Below are positions 1 to 13,847 of a stretch of DNA of 64,000 nucleotides, in pieces. Each line of letters starts with the position of its first letter. The stretch's first letter is position 1. The stretch lies in the NCBI GenBank assembly GCA_013265495.1, contig MU058781.1:6104522-6168521 (forward strand), written 5' to 3'. Source of the DNA: Vicugna vicugna (Eukaryota). A program made the position numbers and the translations under genes. The notes beneath the pieces were generated by a model that saw only the letters and a program-made list of their open reading frames with translations, did no database searches and was not told the DNA's origin.

Positions 1-1795
1 AATGGATAAAAATCCATAAAAAATTTTAAAAAAAAAAGTATGTAATAGTGGAGCAAAAGCCCTGAAATGGTACTAAAATAACTGTAGTTTGGACAGAACT
101 GTTCCAAAACGTCATTTTTAATCATGTCGTCGTATTTTGTTGCACGGATGGATATAGCATCACTCAGTCTCCCTGGATGGGCCATTGGGTGGTTCACAAC
201 TAGGAGCTGTTACTCTGCTGAGTTCCTCCATGGCCCAGAGGGTGCCCTTCCTGCCTTGGCTGGCCAGAGGTGGCTCACAGAGGAAGAGGGAGCAGCCAGT
301 GAAAGCCTCTCTAGCAATCCTTGAAAGCAAACTCCCTCAGTAAAGATTTGCTCATGTAAGTACATAATGTAAATTTACCTGATGAATGCATGGGAGGAAT
401 TTTAGATCTATCTATTCTCCTGGTGAGGCAGGAAAAAGGGGGAGCGGCCAATAGCCATGATGCATGAAATCAGTTCCTTTTCCCTCCATCCTCCTCACCC
501 CCATGCCTTGCCCTCCCTGGGATTCACACCAGCTGAGTCCTGCAACGGTGATACGAAAACTTGCAGCTCTTCCCACAAGAGACCTCTCTCTCTCACTGCA
601 GTCCCTTCCTTCCACAGCAAGCCCACTTTGGAAAACCAGCCCTGAGAAGGACAAAATGCCTGATCTGCGTTTAAAAGGCAACATCATGTATTTAGAAATA
701 ACCTGCTTTCAGGAAATTCAGAACAATCTTCTTAAAGTTCTGCTGGAGCTAGCCAGTTTCTCTTTTAGGGTCACTTGTTTGTATTAATAGAAATCCATCT
801 GCATAAAGTGACAGTCTACGTTCCTGCTCCCCCGCCTGTCACCAGATGGAGTCTTGGTCAATGTGGGATGCTGTCTTTCACACAGATGCCAGCATATATA
901 AAAAGACAAGTTATTGGTGGAAATTATAATAGATGGAGATTAGGACCATTCTAAAACAGACTTGGATCTCTGCTTTTGACACAGGAAATGTTGTTTACAC
1001 CATTTCAGTGGGATTGCCTAAAATACACCAGTTCCACGCTAAAGATAATTACTTACACTACTTACTAACAGATAATGCCTTCTTCCGAGTAAGTTTTTTA
1101 AAAAATTTAAAAAGAAACTCTTCCAGTTGACACTTATTTATTTATCCTTTTTACTCACCTTTCCTTGACTGTGGTTTTTTTTTTTTTTTAGTTAGTAAAA
1201 GTAAAAGTAGTAGAAGTGAACAGGAGATGGTGGGCTGTTCTAGGAGGGCAGTCACTGGAGACAGCTCTCCCCTACCTCCCCTCCACTCCCAACACCAGCG
1301 CGAGGGCTCTGCTAAGTCAAACAGCGAACGACACCCACGGACAGCTGGATGCAACGGTACCTGAAGCTCCATTAGAGTCCTGGCAGAGAAATGAAGGATA
1401 AGGTGCAGAGATTTCACCACCATGGTCTGGATGGATTCTGTAGGCTAAGGACCAGAAAGCAGCTGATCCTTGGGAAGAGTGTGAAACTCTCTTCCAGCTC
1501 CTTCTGATCCCCCAGCCAGAAGCCACCATACCTTTGTTTCCCACAGAACTCTGTGCTACAAACAGACCAATGGTTTTCAGGTGCATCCTGGGCACCTGAG
1601 CACGTGCCAATACGCAGCCTCCCTATGTTTTCCCTGGTCCTTGCCTGGCTTCTCCTGGAGCTTCCTGGTCCATTTTCCAGACTCCTCCACTCAGCAGAAG
1701 CACAGCCCACTTGTCCAGAGTTCTCCTGACCCCTCCAGAACCTTAACAGCCCTTTGTTCCCCCTATCCTGAACCTTTGTTGAAGAATCCAAAATT

Positions 1796-2307
1796 GGCTA
1801 GGATTAACTTCGACCACAGACACCTGATAACTGCAGCTTAGCCAAACTGAGGGCCATTTTTCTTTCATGACTGGAACTCCAGAGGGACCATGAGTCCAGC
1901 CTAGGACCTCTGAAAGTGCCCTTGGTCATCAGGGGTGACCTGCTCTACTATCCCAATTGTTTGACTTGCATCTTTGTGATTACAAGATGGCTTTTCCAGC
2001 CCCAGCCCTCAAATCTATTTCCAGGCAGGTTGAAAGATGAAAGGCTAAAGGCATAAGTCACTTGCGTTTGTCCTTTTTACTTGATCAAGAAACAGATAAT
2101 TTTTAGAAAGTGTCACCCAGAAGACTTTTGCTTTCAACCTGTTGGCCAATTCTGAGTAACCTGGTCACCTGTCATATTAAGAAAGTCTGTGGAAGTGATT
2201 ATTTTTAACTGGGTATTTTGTAACCCCAGATGAAATTTGGGTTCTGTTACAAGGAAGAAGAGGAGAATAGATATTGTATAACATTGCAACTAGTAACGTC
2301 CACGACA
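1796..2307 (-). mobile_element. MaLR solo LTR (MLT1K/L-like)
   Basis: Segments 'acaagatggc', 'ttggccaattctgagtaacctggtcacc' and 'ttgggttctgttacaaggaagaagaggagaatagatattg' match the reverse strand of old MLT1 LTRs; same family as the + copy at 38.3 kb. Confidence 0.75.
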
Positions 2308-2729
2308 AACCAAGTCCAAGGAAGAAGCTGGATCATTTGGAATCGTGATGCTTTCATGGCCTTGACTTCTGGTATCACCTCCACCTGGCAGCTCCCATAC
2401 CCACTTCTAATCAGGACTCTCTTGACATTGCTAGTGACTGGAATACCTCATCCCTCCAGATGTTACCCACTGGCCCATTGGCTGAAGCCCTCAGCAGTCA
2501 ACCCCGTAGCTAAGTGACATCTACCTTCTTTTTTTTCCCCTTCCATCTCATGCCAGTCTCACGCAAGCTCATCTCATGGCCAGTACTGTACAAGTTATGA
2601 CAAGAAAGGGTCTCAAACATAGTGGAAAGTGGTGACAACTGGAGGAACCAGGGAGAGTTTAATTCACAGAAGGTGACAGAAATACTGGGAGTCAAGAAAT
2701 ATGAGCAACAGATAAAAGCCTCCATTGTT

Positions 2730-3150
2730 CCTTAACTCTTCATCCCAACCACAGAGGCCACTTTTGGGTTTGTTTGTTTCTAGTATATCTTGCCAGAAAT
2801 CTTCTAACCCTTTACAAACATACATGGTAGACTTTTTCAAAGTGTGACACAAATGGGAATATACCAAATATCTGTTCTGTAACCTGCTATTTTTCAACCA
2901 ACAATGTATCTTGAATATTCTTCTAGACCAGTACCTGAAGGTCTACCTGATTCTGCCTGGTGTTATATTATTTGAATGTAGGGAAATTTCTTAAACGAAT
3001 CCCCTCCTGAAGGTCATTTAACTTGTTCCCACTTGTTTTACCATTACCCATAAGGGTGCAGTGAACAGCTTTCTACAATGGACTTTAATCACCTTTGTGA
3101 GTATGTGTGCTGGACAATTTCCTGCAAGTGTAATGGAAATTCACATTTAT
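2730..3150 (-). mobile_element. Old L1 (L1ME-type) 3' end fragment
   Basis: 'cacaaatgggaatatacc...ctgttctgtaacctgctatttttcaaccaacaatgtatcttg' and 'gaaggtcatttaacttgttccc' are antisense L1ME 3' UTR motifs. Confidence 0.7.
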
Positions 3151-5059
3151 TGAAAAGAATGAAGTTGGGATTGTCCCAGAAAATCTTGGTTGCAATAGGC
3201 AGAATAATTAAAACTATTTTCTGCTCACAAATAGCCATGTAGATCTAAGTGAGAACTGATTTTCCCATTCACTATAAGCTTCAATTGAAAACTCAGAGGA
3301 AAATTCCCCTTTTATTTGGTTTCTCATTAGGGAACATTTGAATGGTATTCCTGCCCCAGAAAAATCTACAAGTTAATAAAAAATTATAAGATTTCCTAGC
3401 ATTATATTTTTGCAAAGTGCAGGGCATGACTGGACAGGGAGATGTGAATAATTCAAAAGAGAAAACAAACCAAACAAACAAAAAAACATTTGGCCTGAAA
3501 ATAGCCAGAAGACTGAATCAAAAGCGCTGTGGGCTTTCTTTCTGTTTTACTATACTGATGGATGTCATTCAACTAGGAAATTTTGGAGGAAGATATTATT
3601 TTAATATTAAAAGAAGCTTGTATATATCATGATGTACAATTTCAAATTTACATAATTGATAAACAGGAGATTTTGAAGAAATTTTATTCTCGCTACAAGT
3701 TAGTCTATGCACTGGTCTCCTATACACTTACTTCTGCAATTAGGGGTATATTTATGTCAAGATTTTACTGGACAAACACATTAATTTTTCTTTCCATTCC
3801 TCATTTTGTAAAGATGTGTGGTTACGTGTGTGCTTCGATTGATTTAAAAGAACACTCCAAAGGCAATTACATTCAAGAACTACATGGGGAGCTTACAGAA
3901 TCAGTCATGTTGACTATTGTAAGAGTAATGCATTGTTCTGGGTTGAAGTTAATAAGTATGAAGGTCAAAGGTAGTAAAATTATACGTAAGTTTCTAAACT
4001 TGTGGGCTCTTTGACCCTGACTGATCTTAGGGCAAGACAGAGAGGAGACTGCAGGATTTTGGAGGAAAAGAAACATTTTTTTTTAAAGAATTTAAAAGAA
4101 GTGGCGAACAAAATTTTCTGTCCATATCAAAAGGACTTTCATGGTGTCTCCAAGCATTTGTTGAAACCAGAAGTATAGCATTTCATAGGATATTTCCTAA
4201 AGCTTTCGGTTTCTCTGTCATGCTCAAGGCCTGCGGAATGACAGCTATGTCTTACCTGCCCTGGCGTTATGTAAAAGCAAACGCCTTGCCTTATTTGTCT
4301 TTGTTCAGTGTCTCTTTTTATAAAGATGAATGATGACCTTGTGACTTCTGAACACCAGTGATAGGTTATTTCAGGACTTTTTTCCTCAACAGAGCAGCCT
4401 TCTTCTTCTTCTTCCTTTTTTTTTTTTCCTTTTTAACCTTTTATCTATTTTGGAGTTAAGCACTGGCAGTATTACCCTAGCCCTCTTACTTTGGGAATGA
4501 CTAAGGAAAAAGAAAAATCAGCTTCTTAAAAGGATTATCTTCTCAGGTTTTTTTTTCTTTTCTTTTATTCTTAAAATTCTTTCCATTTCCCCAGCGTTTT
4601 GTTTCTATTTGTACCTGAAATCTGTTTTACTTGGTGGCCAGTTGCTATGCATTCCATTTCTCATTTCAGAGTTACTAGCAACTTCATTACCCTTTCACAA
4701 GGAGAAACACTGAGGCACCAAAGGCCAGAAGGGGTTTGCAGCATCCTCAACTCAGGTTTTGAAGGAACTGACATCAGCAGATGCCGAACTTTTCTTTCCA
4801 ACCATGCTTTCCCCCTCGGTTCATAACTGACTTCCTCTGAACTCGCAGGTTACTTCAAGTGATGGGGTTATAAAGAGTGAGTAGCTGGCGGGGCAGGAGT
4901 GGCTGTTGTTATTCAGCATCAGACACTCAGGAAGGATAGCTGAACCTTAGGATAACCTTCACAGTAGCCCCTTAATCTCGTAGGAGGAGAAGACCAACCT
5001 CTTCAGTGATGTTAATCAATCAATCTCTGGTCTTCCATTCTTTCAGTAAGCCTATACCT

Positions 5060-5240
5060 TAGGCTTAGAGGAAGCGTGAACCTCAGATGGAGAGCCAAAA
5101 ACACCTGGATTCTAGTCTGGTTCAATTAGTGTGGGATTTGGAGCAGCCTCTGAACCTCTCAGTTTTCTACTTTGCAAAATAAGGGTTTGTTCTTTCATTT
5201 TTAAGTTTCCCTTCCAGCACTATCTACATTCTGTGGTTCT
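5060..5240 (+). mobile_element. MIR SINE (degenerate)
   Basis: 'cctggattctagtctgg...ctctgaacctctcagttttctactttgcaaaataaggg...cccttccagcact...attctgtg': MIR core plus 3' end. Confidence 0.65.
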
Positions 5241-5950
5241 TCTCAGGATGGGTCAAGGCCAAAGAATTACGAGAAATAATTCTAAGGAATATCAGTGTTC
5301 TTTTTGTCTTCTCATTTTTGTATTATTTGCTAATCAAAGAGAATTGTTTAATCAAGCATTTTTTTAAAAATATAAGCAAGTTATGCTACTCTTAACGACT
5401 GGTAGCATTTTCATTGGTTTAGGGGGAGAAAAAGGTATTCGCTCACCTTTTTCATTAAAGGTACTAAACAATGAGTACTTTTGAGTTACTATGATAGACC
5501 ATGTTGGTAACACAAAGAGAGTGCCAAGTAACAAACAAGTCATATACAGTGTATGTACATGTGGCTAAGTCTCAGACAAAGTGTCAAGTGAGTACCGTGA
5601 GTTAATATGGAAATTCAGAGGAGGGTGCAACTGCTCTCAGTAGGAAGATCTGAGAAGTTTTTATGGAGAACTTCACCTCCTGGTATACAGTAGGTCTCCA
5701 GTAGAATAAGCTCCAGTAGCATGTGAGCTAACTCATCAAGAACAAGTTAGTCATACTGAGTTGAGAAAGTTGGAGATCAAGACAAGGAATGGAATGGACA
5801 AAGGTGAGACATTTTGGACATGCATGAAAAAGAGTTAAATGTCTAGCCAGGTCTGCAAGCCCCAAGAACCCCCCTCCCCTGCAGCTGCATCTGTGTGACC
5901 TCTACCCCCAGGTTACTGATGGTCTCTTTGACCCTGGGTGTACACATGCA

Positions 5951-5954
5951 TATG

Positions 5955-5985
<31 letters not shown>

Positions 5986-6002
5986 GTATATGTGTGTGTG
6001 TA
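5951..6002. repeat. (TG)n/(TA) microsatellite
   Basis: Directly visible interrupted TG dinucleotide run. Confidence 0.95.
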
Positions 6003-6177
6003 TCTGATATTCAGGTTGCCAATGAAGCCTTGATTGTCAACCAGGCCTTATCTTGTTTCTGAGCCCCACCCAGTACTATTCTCCAGATTTCTGTCCCATT
6101 TCCTGGACCTGCACCCATATTTAGTAATCAGCCTACACTCTAGTCTCTCTCAGATATAAGTCTCATCTCATTCTTGG

Positions 6178-7580
6178 ACTTTCAGCACTTTTAAGATGTG
6201 AATCTACTTTCTTCTGGCCTCTGTGGTTTCTGAGAAGTTCATAGTCCTTCAGACCATTGCTCCCCTGTATGCAACGTGTCATTTTTCCCTAACAGCTTTC
6301 AAGATTTTTTTTTTCATCTTTAGTTTTCAGTAGTTTGACTATGATGTGTCAGGTGTGTTTGATTTTGTGTTTACCATACTTGGAGTTCGCTGAGCTGCTT
6401 TAAACTAAGTTTATGTCTGTTTCCAATTTTGGACATTTTCAGCTCTCATTTTCTTTTCCTTCTCTTTCTGGAATTCCCATGATATAGATGTTAGACCTTT
6501 TGATGTTGCTCTAGAGGTCCCTGAGGCTCTCTTTTTATTTATTTTTTCTCTCTGTTCTTCAGATTGGATCATTTTTATTGATCTATCTTCCAATTCACTC
6601 ACTTTTTTTTCTATTCTCTCTCTTCTGATCTTTAATTCAATACATTAAAAAAATCAGATATTTTATTTTTCAGTTCTATAGAATTAGTTCCTTTTTATAG
6701 TTTCTATTTCTCTGCTGAGAGCTACTTTCTTTCTGTTCATTGCAAGTATTTTTGTATTTATTTCATGGATCACAGTTATAAAAGCTGCTTAAAAATCTCT
6801 GCCTGAAAATGTTAACGTCCGGATCATCTCAGGGTTGACCTATGTTGCTTCTCTTTTTTCCCTGACAACTGGTCACATTTTTCCGGCTCTATGTGCTCTA
6901 TGTATGTCTGAGCAACTTTGCTTTGGTGTCCTGGCCACCATGAATATTCTGTCAGATTATTGTTATAATTTTCTGAAAAGTGTTGATTTTTGTTTGTTTG
7001 TTTATCAGGCAATCAACCTAGTTAGATTCAGACTGAAAGTTCAGTTTTGCCCTTTGTGGGCAGTGGTTCTAATCTCAGTTCAGCTTTGAAGCTTTCCGTG
7101 TGCTGCTCTGAATCTGTCAGTGTGTGCCACTTAGGGATGAATGCAAGTTGGGCTGTGGTTTAAATATCAGTTCAGTTCGCAAAGCCTTGGCTCTGTTGGT
7201 TTGGGTCTGATCCACACGTGCTCTAGGGTAGGTTCATAAACAGAATTATGGAAGAATTTGTCTTCCCCACACTCTCTGCCCATAAAACCCCCTTTTCCAG
7301 CTCTCAGTCCATAATGCTGGGAATAGTAGCTCACTGGTAGGTGCCTGCCACTGGGACCTCCTCCCAGTTCTGTGCTTGGGGTTGCCCTCAGGGCAAAGCT
7401 GGGAGAAGAGGGGAGAAAAGACCTGGGGGATTTATTCCCTTGCTGGTCACTGCAAGTTTCCACTTCTTTCTCCAATCGCCCTGCTTTGGGTTCGTTTCCA
7501 GAGATCACAGGTAGTTACATTTTGTATTCTGTCCAGAGTTTTCAGCTGTGGCGGGCTTGCCCTGCTCTGGCAGAAAAGCA
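6178..7580 (-). mobile_element. Old L1 5' end with degenerate ORF1 (L1M-type)
   Basis: ORF 6411..6602(-) 'SELEDRSIKMIQSEEQREK' is the L1 ORF1p coiled-coil motif. 5' UTR-like sequence continues to about 7580. Confidence 0.85.
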
Positions 7581-7789
7581 GTCTATGTTCACATGGGAAA
7601 GTACATTTTCAAGGAGTCTGGAGAGATAAAAAGAAAAAAGAAGGGGACAGCAGGATGAAACTGTGGTAGGGGGTCAGGATGGAGGGAAGGATGCTTTAGA
7701 AAAAGGGGGGACTTGCTTAAAAGGCACAGAGACCCCCACGGGAGGTAAAATAAGAAAAATGACCTGCCTCAGTTGAAGATGAAACTTTG

Positions 7790-8115
7790 CTAAAAGATGC
7801 TAAAAGGACTCTGAAAATTAGGTCCATGCAGGCAGATTGTGGGCGAAGTTGAAACTTGGAGAAGTGACCTGTAAGGGAATGAATTTCCCAGGTTTCTTTC
7901 TTTCTTTTTTTTCTTTTCCATGGCTTTGACCTCTGGAGCACCTCAAACACAGAGATGGGAAGGTGGGCTGCCACAACCCAGATAATATCCCATTTCTTTG
8001 ACCTGAAGAGCTGGGTAAAGGGGTACTTGTGGACCAGAGTGTGGAGAGGAGAGAGCCATGGAGAAAGATGCATAATTCTGTATATGAACCCACACTCTGC
8101 ATGGTCATATCAGGG
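7790..8115 (+). mobile_element. Second L1 5' UTR fragment, opposite orientation to 6178-7580
   Basis: Aligns as the reverse complement of about 7207-7505 (19/20 nt at 8071-8090 vs 7231-7250; 26/31 nt at 7863-7893 vs 7421-7451). Confidence 0.8.
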
Positions 8116-9595
8116 ACAGAAATGATGGGTGTGGCTTGGAGGAGAAGAAGGATGCTTTTTTCTCTGAGCTGGAGGAAGGGAGGTGAGGATGGATGATTCC
8201 CAGAACTTTGTGGGTGAAGAGAAAGAAAGCTGAGTTGTCTGACATCTTACAACCTGCTGAGATCACCTGCCAAGAGTGAGGGGGGCTGGGCGGAAGAAGC
8301 CTTTAGCTCATCAATCCCTCACCAAGAGGCCTGATTCAAGTCACTGTGCTAGGATCATTTCCTCTCTGGCGGAGGCCGGTTGCCTGTAAGCCACCACTGT
8401 CTCCAGAGGAGCTCAATGCCGGGGCAGAACTCAGCAGGCGACAGCCAGGTCTAAACTTGGGTAACATGTGCACTGCATAGTCTATCTCTAGAGTTGAAAA
8501 TGGCTTTGGAAAAAAAAAAAATCATACAATTATAATATGTGGACCACAGAAGAAAGAAAAGTTAGCAATGTTCTGGGAATCCTGCCCAGCTCTTTTATGA
8601 TTCTGAGTAGTAAAGTTACAACATGCCACATGCAGACTTGTTTGGCAGCGTGTGCGTTGAAGTGTGTGTGTGCTTAGTCAAGGCCTCTCACTCATCTATT
8701 TCATTTTTTGCCAGACTTGCCATTATTAATGAAGAGCGACTGAGCCTCGTGGCAGGTCTGAGTTAGCTCTGATGTAATTGTCCATTATCTCTCTTGTAAT
8801 CGCTTTCAGGCAGTTGGGATCCTGCCCTTCCATTTCCTAAGACCCGACTCCCAGCACTCCGGTTCTTGGTGAATCAAAATGCCAAGTCACTTCAGATCAG
8901 CTTTCTTCTGCCTTCCTCCTCTGAGCACGAAACTCTGTGCCTCTCCTACTTGCAGAGAAAAGTCATTTAGAGATTTAATGTTGATTTCACTTCTATTAAC
9001 TATGGTACAATATCAACATTTTCCTCCAGGCAAAGGTACAAATGACACATTTTTTCCATGTGTGGTTGGTGCATGTGTATGTGCTCGAAGACTGTTTTTA
9101 TTAAAACAAAGCAAGATCTACTTCTTGTGAAACTCAGTGTTTCGTTATTAACCGGTGGGGTTTTGTGTCTCTGTGTCAGAATCTCCTCAGCTGGGGTAGG
9201 GATCGGAGGGGTGCGTACTGACTAAAGATCCACCCGAGAGCATCAAAGTGGTCTCAGATGAATCTCAAGACACGGAAAGGAGAAGCCTGCTTCAGAGACT
9301 GGAAAATGACACGGAAATGGGCTATCAACCACAAACTGCCAAGCTGATTAGTCTAAAATTAATAATGGGCTGAGCGATGATCTCCCCTTGACTTTGGCAG
9401 GGATTTAATATGTGTTTCAATCACCCAGGTAATCTTGTTTTTTTTAAAAGTGAATTCTAATGTCAAACTAAATAGGACACTGGTCTCAGAAATGAGTTTT
9501 TGTCTCAATAAATCAGAGTCCTGTGGATGGTTTATGAGCTCTAGAAAGAAATGAAGGTGTAGAAGCCTAAGTATTTGGGGCTAAAAAAACTGTTT

Positions 9596-9745
9596 TGAAA
9601 TCATCCAGTCCAACGTCTTTATTTTATAACCAGAAATTGGAATGTAAGAGAAGTTAAGCAACTTGCTAAAGGTCACACAGCTGATGACTGATGTAGTCAA
9701 AACTCCGACACTGTATCTACTCCTCTGTGCTTTCCACTGTACCCT
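9596..9745 (-). mobile_element. MIR SINE
   Basis: 'atcatccagtccaac...agagaagttaagcaacttgctaaaggtcacacagct...tgctttccactgtacc'. Confidence 0.75.
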
Positions 9746-11124
9746 GAAGATTCCTGCTTATCTTGCTGCGTTTGTTTTGTCTCTTTCCATTGAAAAGTTC
9801 AAGGTTGTGAAGTGTGGGAAGGTGGGGAGAGTTTACAGAGAGAAAGTCCCCGGAAAAGGACTCGGTTTCTCAGAAGGGGATGGCCTGACCGTGTTGATCC
9901 TAATTTATTACAAGCTTTCTATTATAAGAAGGCCTGTGATTCTCACTGTAAGAAGACTCCCGGCACTCTGAGACTCCTGAGACTCTCCAGCATTTAGCAA
10001 TGATGCCAGACCAGCAGCTCCCTTCACCGTAAAGCACTCACTGTGACTGGCGTTTCTTGTCTATGCAACGCTCCCCCACCCCCACCCAGAGGAGCCAGCA
10101 CACCCAGCTCATCATCTGATTACGATGGACATGTTGCAGACAGACTTAAGATTCTGCAGGTGCCCTTGGACTTGGTTAGCAGGAGAGTTTCCCCTTGGAG
10201 ACAATCCCCAAAGGAATGCACAATGAAAAATGCTAGGGACTTCCAGGCAACTTAGAAACTGTGGATTTTATTTACATTTTCAATGGCTGCCCTCTCTCCT
10301 ACGTACACGTTCACTTTCCTCCACGTGGGCCAGTCTGATCAAGACAAAGCCAGCTAAGAAGAGTTTCTTAGGTGTTATGCAGGAAGTAGCCTTTCCTAGT
10401 GTTGCAAAATCAGGACAGGCCATCAGACATTGTCCAAATCAGAAGTAGAGAAGTCAGACTGTCCAAGTGAGCCTAAAAATTCAGGCTCAGGGCCCAGCAG
10501 CACGGACTTGAACTAGCCTGCCTTGCAAACACTCACAGCCACCAGCTGGGCTGCTGGGGTGAGACACTACCCCGAATCAGAGGTTATCTTCTGGGATACT
10601 CTGAGCACTGTGCTTCTTCTGTTCCCCAGATTCCCCTCCTTCCTTCTCCTATTGCAGGAACCAGACATAGGCCACCTGGGCAGTGATCCACAGAAAGAAA
10701 GGAGTTCAGCTCTGCTATACAAGACCCAAGACTCATTCATACACAGGCTACCAGCTTAGCCACATCCCTGATCTCAGCTGGAAAGGCTCTTCCTCCCATA
10801 GATACCTAAGTGACTGTTCTTAAAATTCTTTTTTTTTTTAAACCAAATTAGAAACATTAACTTGTGGGAGCAGGAGGTTTAAAATCAGGAGTTTCAAGGC
10901 CCAGCCCCAGTGGGAACACAGCCACAGCTGGATGCAGGGCTTGAGGAAGATCACTTTTAATCTTTTTGTATCTAAGGGTCCATCTCTCTCAAATAATCTC
11001 TACAGTCATTGCCCCGTAAAAATTCTGTGTTTAGTGCCCAATTATGGCCAAATGATGCAGTCATTATAACTGCCCCCCACCACGGACCTTCACACCACTC
11101 ATACTCGGCACTGCACGCTCTGTC

Positions 11125-11262
11125 TCCCCACTTGAGGTGGGTCCCAGGGACCACAGTCGGTGGAAGTTTGTAAGAAATGCAAATCCCAGGTCTTGCCCCA
11201 GACTTGCTGAAACGGACTCTGCATTTTAAGAAGATCTCTGTGTGATTGGTTTTAGAAACACT
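11125..11262. mobile_element. MER5A-like hAT DNA transposon
   Basis: 'agaaatgcaaatcccaggtcttgccccagacttgctgaa...ctctgcattttaagaagatc...tagaaacact'. Confidence 0.75.
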
Positions 11263-11499
11263 AAACTCAGACAAACAGCCAATGAGAATGAAAAAAGTCA
11301 TCAATCCTGTTGTTTTGTGGGGAGTGAGTCTCTTTGGGTAAAAACCAACTAAAAAATCTGTTTGTTATTTGTTATATATGTACATATAACAAATAAACTG
11401 TGTATTTGCTACATTTTACATATTTGTGTATGTATATATACATATAGTCCATTTGTGTCTAGAAATGCATCCTCTCAGTAAGGAGTTAAATAAGATTAG

Positions 11500-11630
11500 C
11501 TTTGTAATCAAATTCTTGTATCACCTACTAAGTAAGGAGCACTCCATTTGTAGGACTGTGCCAGGAATTGGCTACAGTGATAAAATGTATGTACTTTCTG
11601 CCCTCCTGGAATTCATCATCCAGTAAGAAG
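11500..11630 (-). mobile_element. L2 3' end fragment
   Basis: 'cacctact...actgtgccaggaattgg...ctgccctcctggaattcatcatccagt'. Confidence 0.55.
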
Positions 11631-12374
11631 TTCTCCCAGTAAGAAAATAGAGACCCTGTCTGTCACATCTCTGTGCCTTCCAAGGAAAGGGTCTAGAGCT
11701 AAAACAGTATAGTACATGCTCACTAAGCTTTGCTCAGATGCAAATGATAAAAGCAGAATGCCTGGAAATTACCTGAATAATATTTTGCAACTGTTCAAGT
11801 TGTTTGGACACAACCCATCAGGAAGCTGAGAAAAACGTGGTTTACCTTTTAATTCATTTGGTTTCTTCTCATATTATCAAACTTGGAACTGTTGTCAGGT
11901 TTTGTTTGGAACGCGTAACTTTCCAAATGCAATAGAACCATGTTTCTCATTACACATAAGTAATATTTCGTGAAATATTACCTAAGCTGTTTCTACATGA
12001 CAGGGGGAAAAAAGATTTCAGCAGAAAATAAAGCAATATGTTTGGCTGGAACTTGTTCTACTTTTGTTTTTTCCATATTGGTTTCCACCTTTGTTTCAAA
12101 ATGTTTGTGTCTGAGGGGAGATTTCCAGACCACAGCCTTTTGGTTGAGTGACAGTGAGTCAGGTCCCCACCCTGTCTTATCTTTAATACTTTCTTTGCAA
12201 TTTAAACAACAAGGAGATGGAAAGATATCCATCAGTACAGCATGATTTGAAAACACCAGCCTAGGGGGAAAAAAAGTCACAGGAAATAAAAACACAGGGA
12301 AAATCACAGTGCTGGAAGAAGCCTTGGATTGGGTCTGACCATGTGGGAGGGAGGGTGGGGTGATTGGGGGCGGC

Positions 12375-12445
12375 CCCGATCCCCTCACTTTGCAGACGAG
12401 GAAAAGGAGGCCCAGAAGGGAGAAAGGACTTGCCTAAGGTCAATC
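12375..12445 (-). mobile_element. MIR core fragment
   Basis: 'cactttgcagacgaggaaaaggaggcccagaagggagaaaggacttgcctaaggtca'. Confidence 0.65.
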
Positions 12446-12609
12446 GAATTTTGGAGAAACAAATGGAAATGCTTTTAGAGGGACGCTTGCGGTTTGCGTA
12501 AAAGGTTCTCTTGTGAAAGCAAGACATGGATTTTCACTTTTATAACTGAGGTACATGTATAAGACAAACTGTGAGGTAGGTGATATTTGTTTGCTGCATT
12601 CCAAATGTC

Positions 12610-13813
12610 TTTCTTCTTCCATTCCTCATTTTAATATTAATCTGTTGAGTTTTCTCCAACTTCCCCTTGCTAATTTTTTTTTTTTCCCTCTATTGGCTTT
12701 ATCAGTTACTGACGGGTACACTGAAATCCCCAACTGTGACTGTGGATGTATCTGTTTCTCCTGTCGGGACTGCCAGGTTTTGCTCTGTGTATTTTGCAAC
12801 CTGTTGTAAGGTGCATACACATTCAGGACTACGATGTCTTCTTGGTGAATGGATCCTTCCATCATTAACTAAAGCTCCTTTTAAAAAAAATGTTTTTTAA
12901 GTTCCTTTTTATCCTTAACAGTTTTCTTTTCTCTGAAGTCTACTTTGTCTGATTAATACAGCTACTTAGCTTTCTTTTGATTAGCTTTTGCCTAATTTAT
13001 CTTTTCTCATCCTTTACTTTAAACCTACCTTTCTCACTGTATTCAAAGTGAGCTTCTTGTAGACTGCATACAGATGGGTTGTGGATTTTTTGTTTTTAAT
13101 CTAACAATCTCAGTCTTTTCATTGGGGTGCTTACATTATTTTTATTTAAGGTAACTATTGTTGGGTTTAAATTTAAGTCTACATATTACTGTTTGTTTTC
13201 TCTTTTATGCCTCTCTTTTCATCCCTCTAATTCCCCATCCCTGCCTTCACTGGGATTATTTGAATGTTTTTTAGTATTCCATTAAAATTTTTCTATTGTG
13301 CTTTTGGCTATATCAGCATAGATTTTTGGTTTTTTTGTTTTTGTTTTTCTCTCCCAGCAGTTTCTCTAGAGCTGACAATAAACATACTTAACTTTTTACA
13401 GTCTACATAGGGTCGATATTTTACCACTTGAAGTGAAATGTAGAAACTTTACCGCCGTTCAGATTCCTTTGCTCTCTTCCATTAATGTTGCAGCTGTCAT
13501 ATGTATTCTATCTATGTTTTGAAAACCCAGACACTGTTACAATTTTTGCTTTCAATCATTCCACGTATTTTAAAGAATGAAAGGAGAGTAATCTACTACA
13601 TTTCCCTATATAGCTAACGTTTCTATGGTTCTTCCTTCATTTTTCATATTACAAATTTGCATCTGAAATTTTACAAATCTCTGTCTGAACTTTTAAAAAG
13701 CAGTTTGTTTTGTTTTGTGTGTGTGTTTTTTTTTTTCCCAGTTGGACTGCTGGTTAAGAATTTTCTTAGTTTTCCTTCTGAGGCTACTTTAAGTTTTCCT
13801 TCATTTCTCAAGA

Positions 13814-13847
<34 letters not shown>

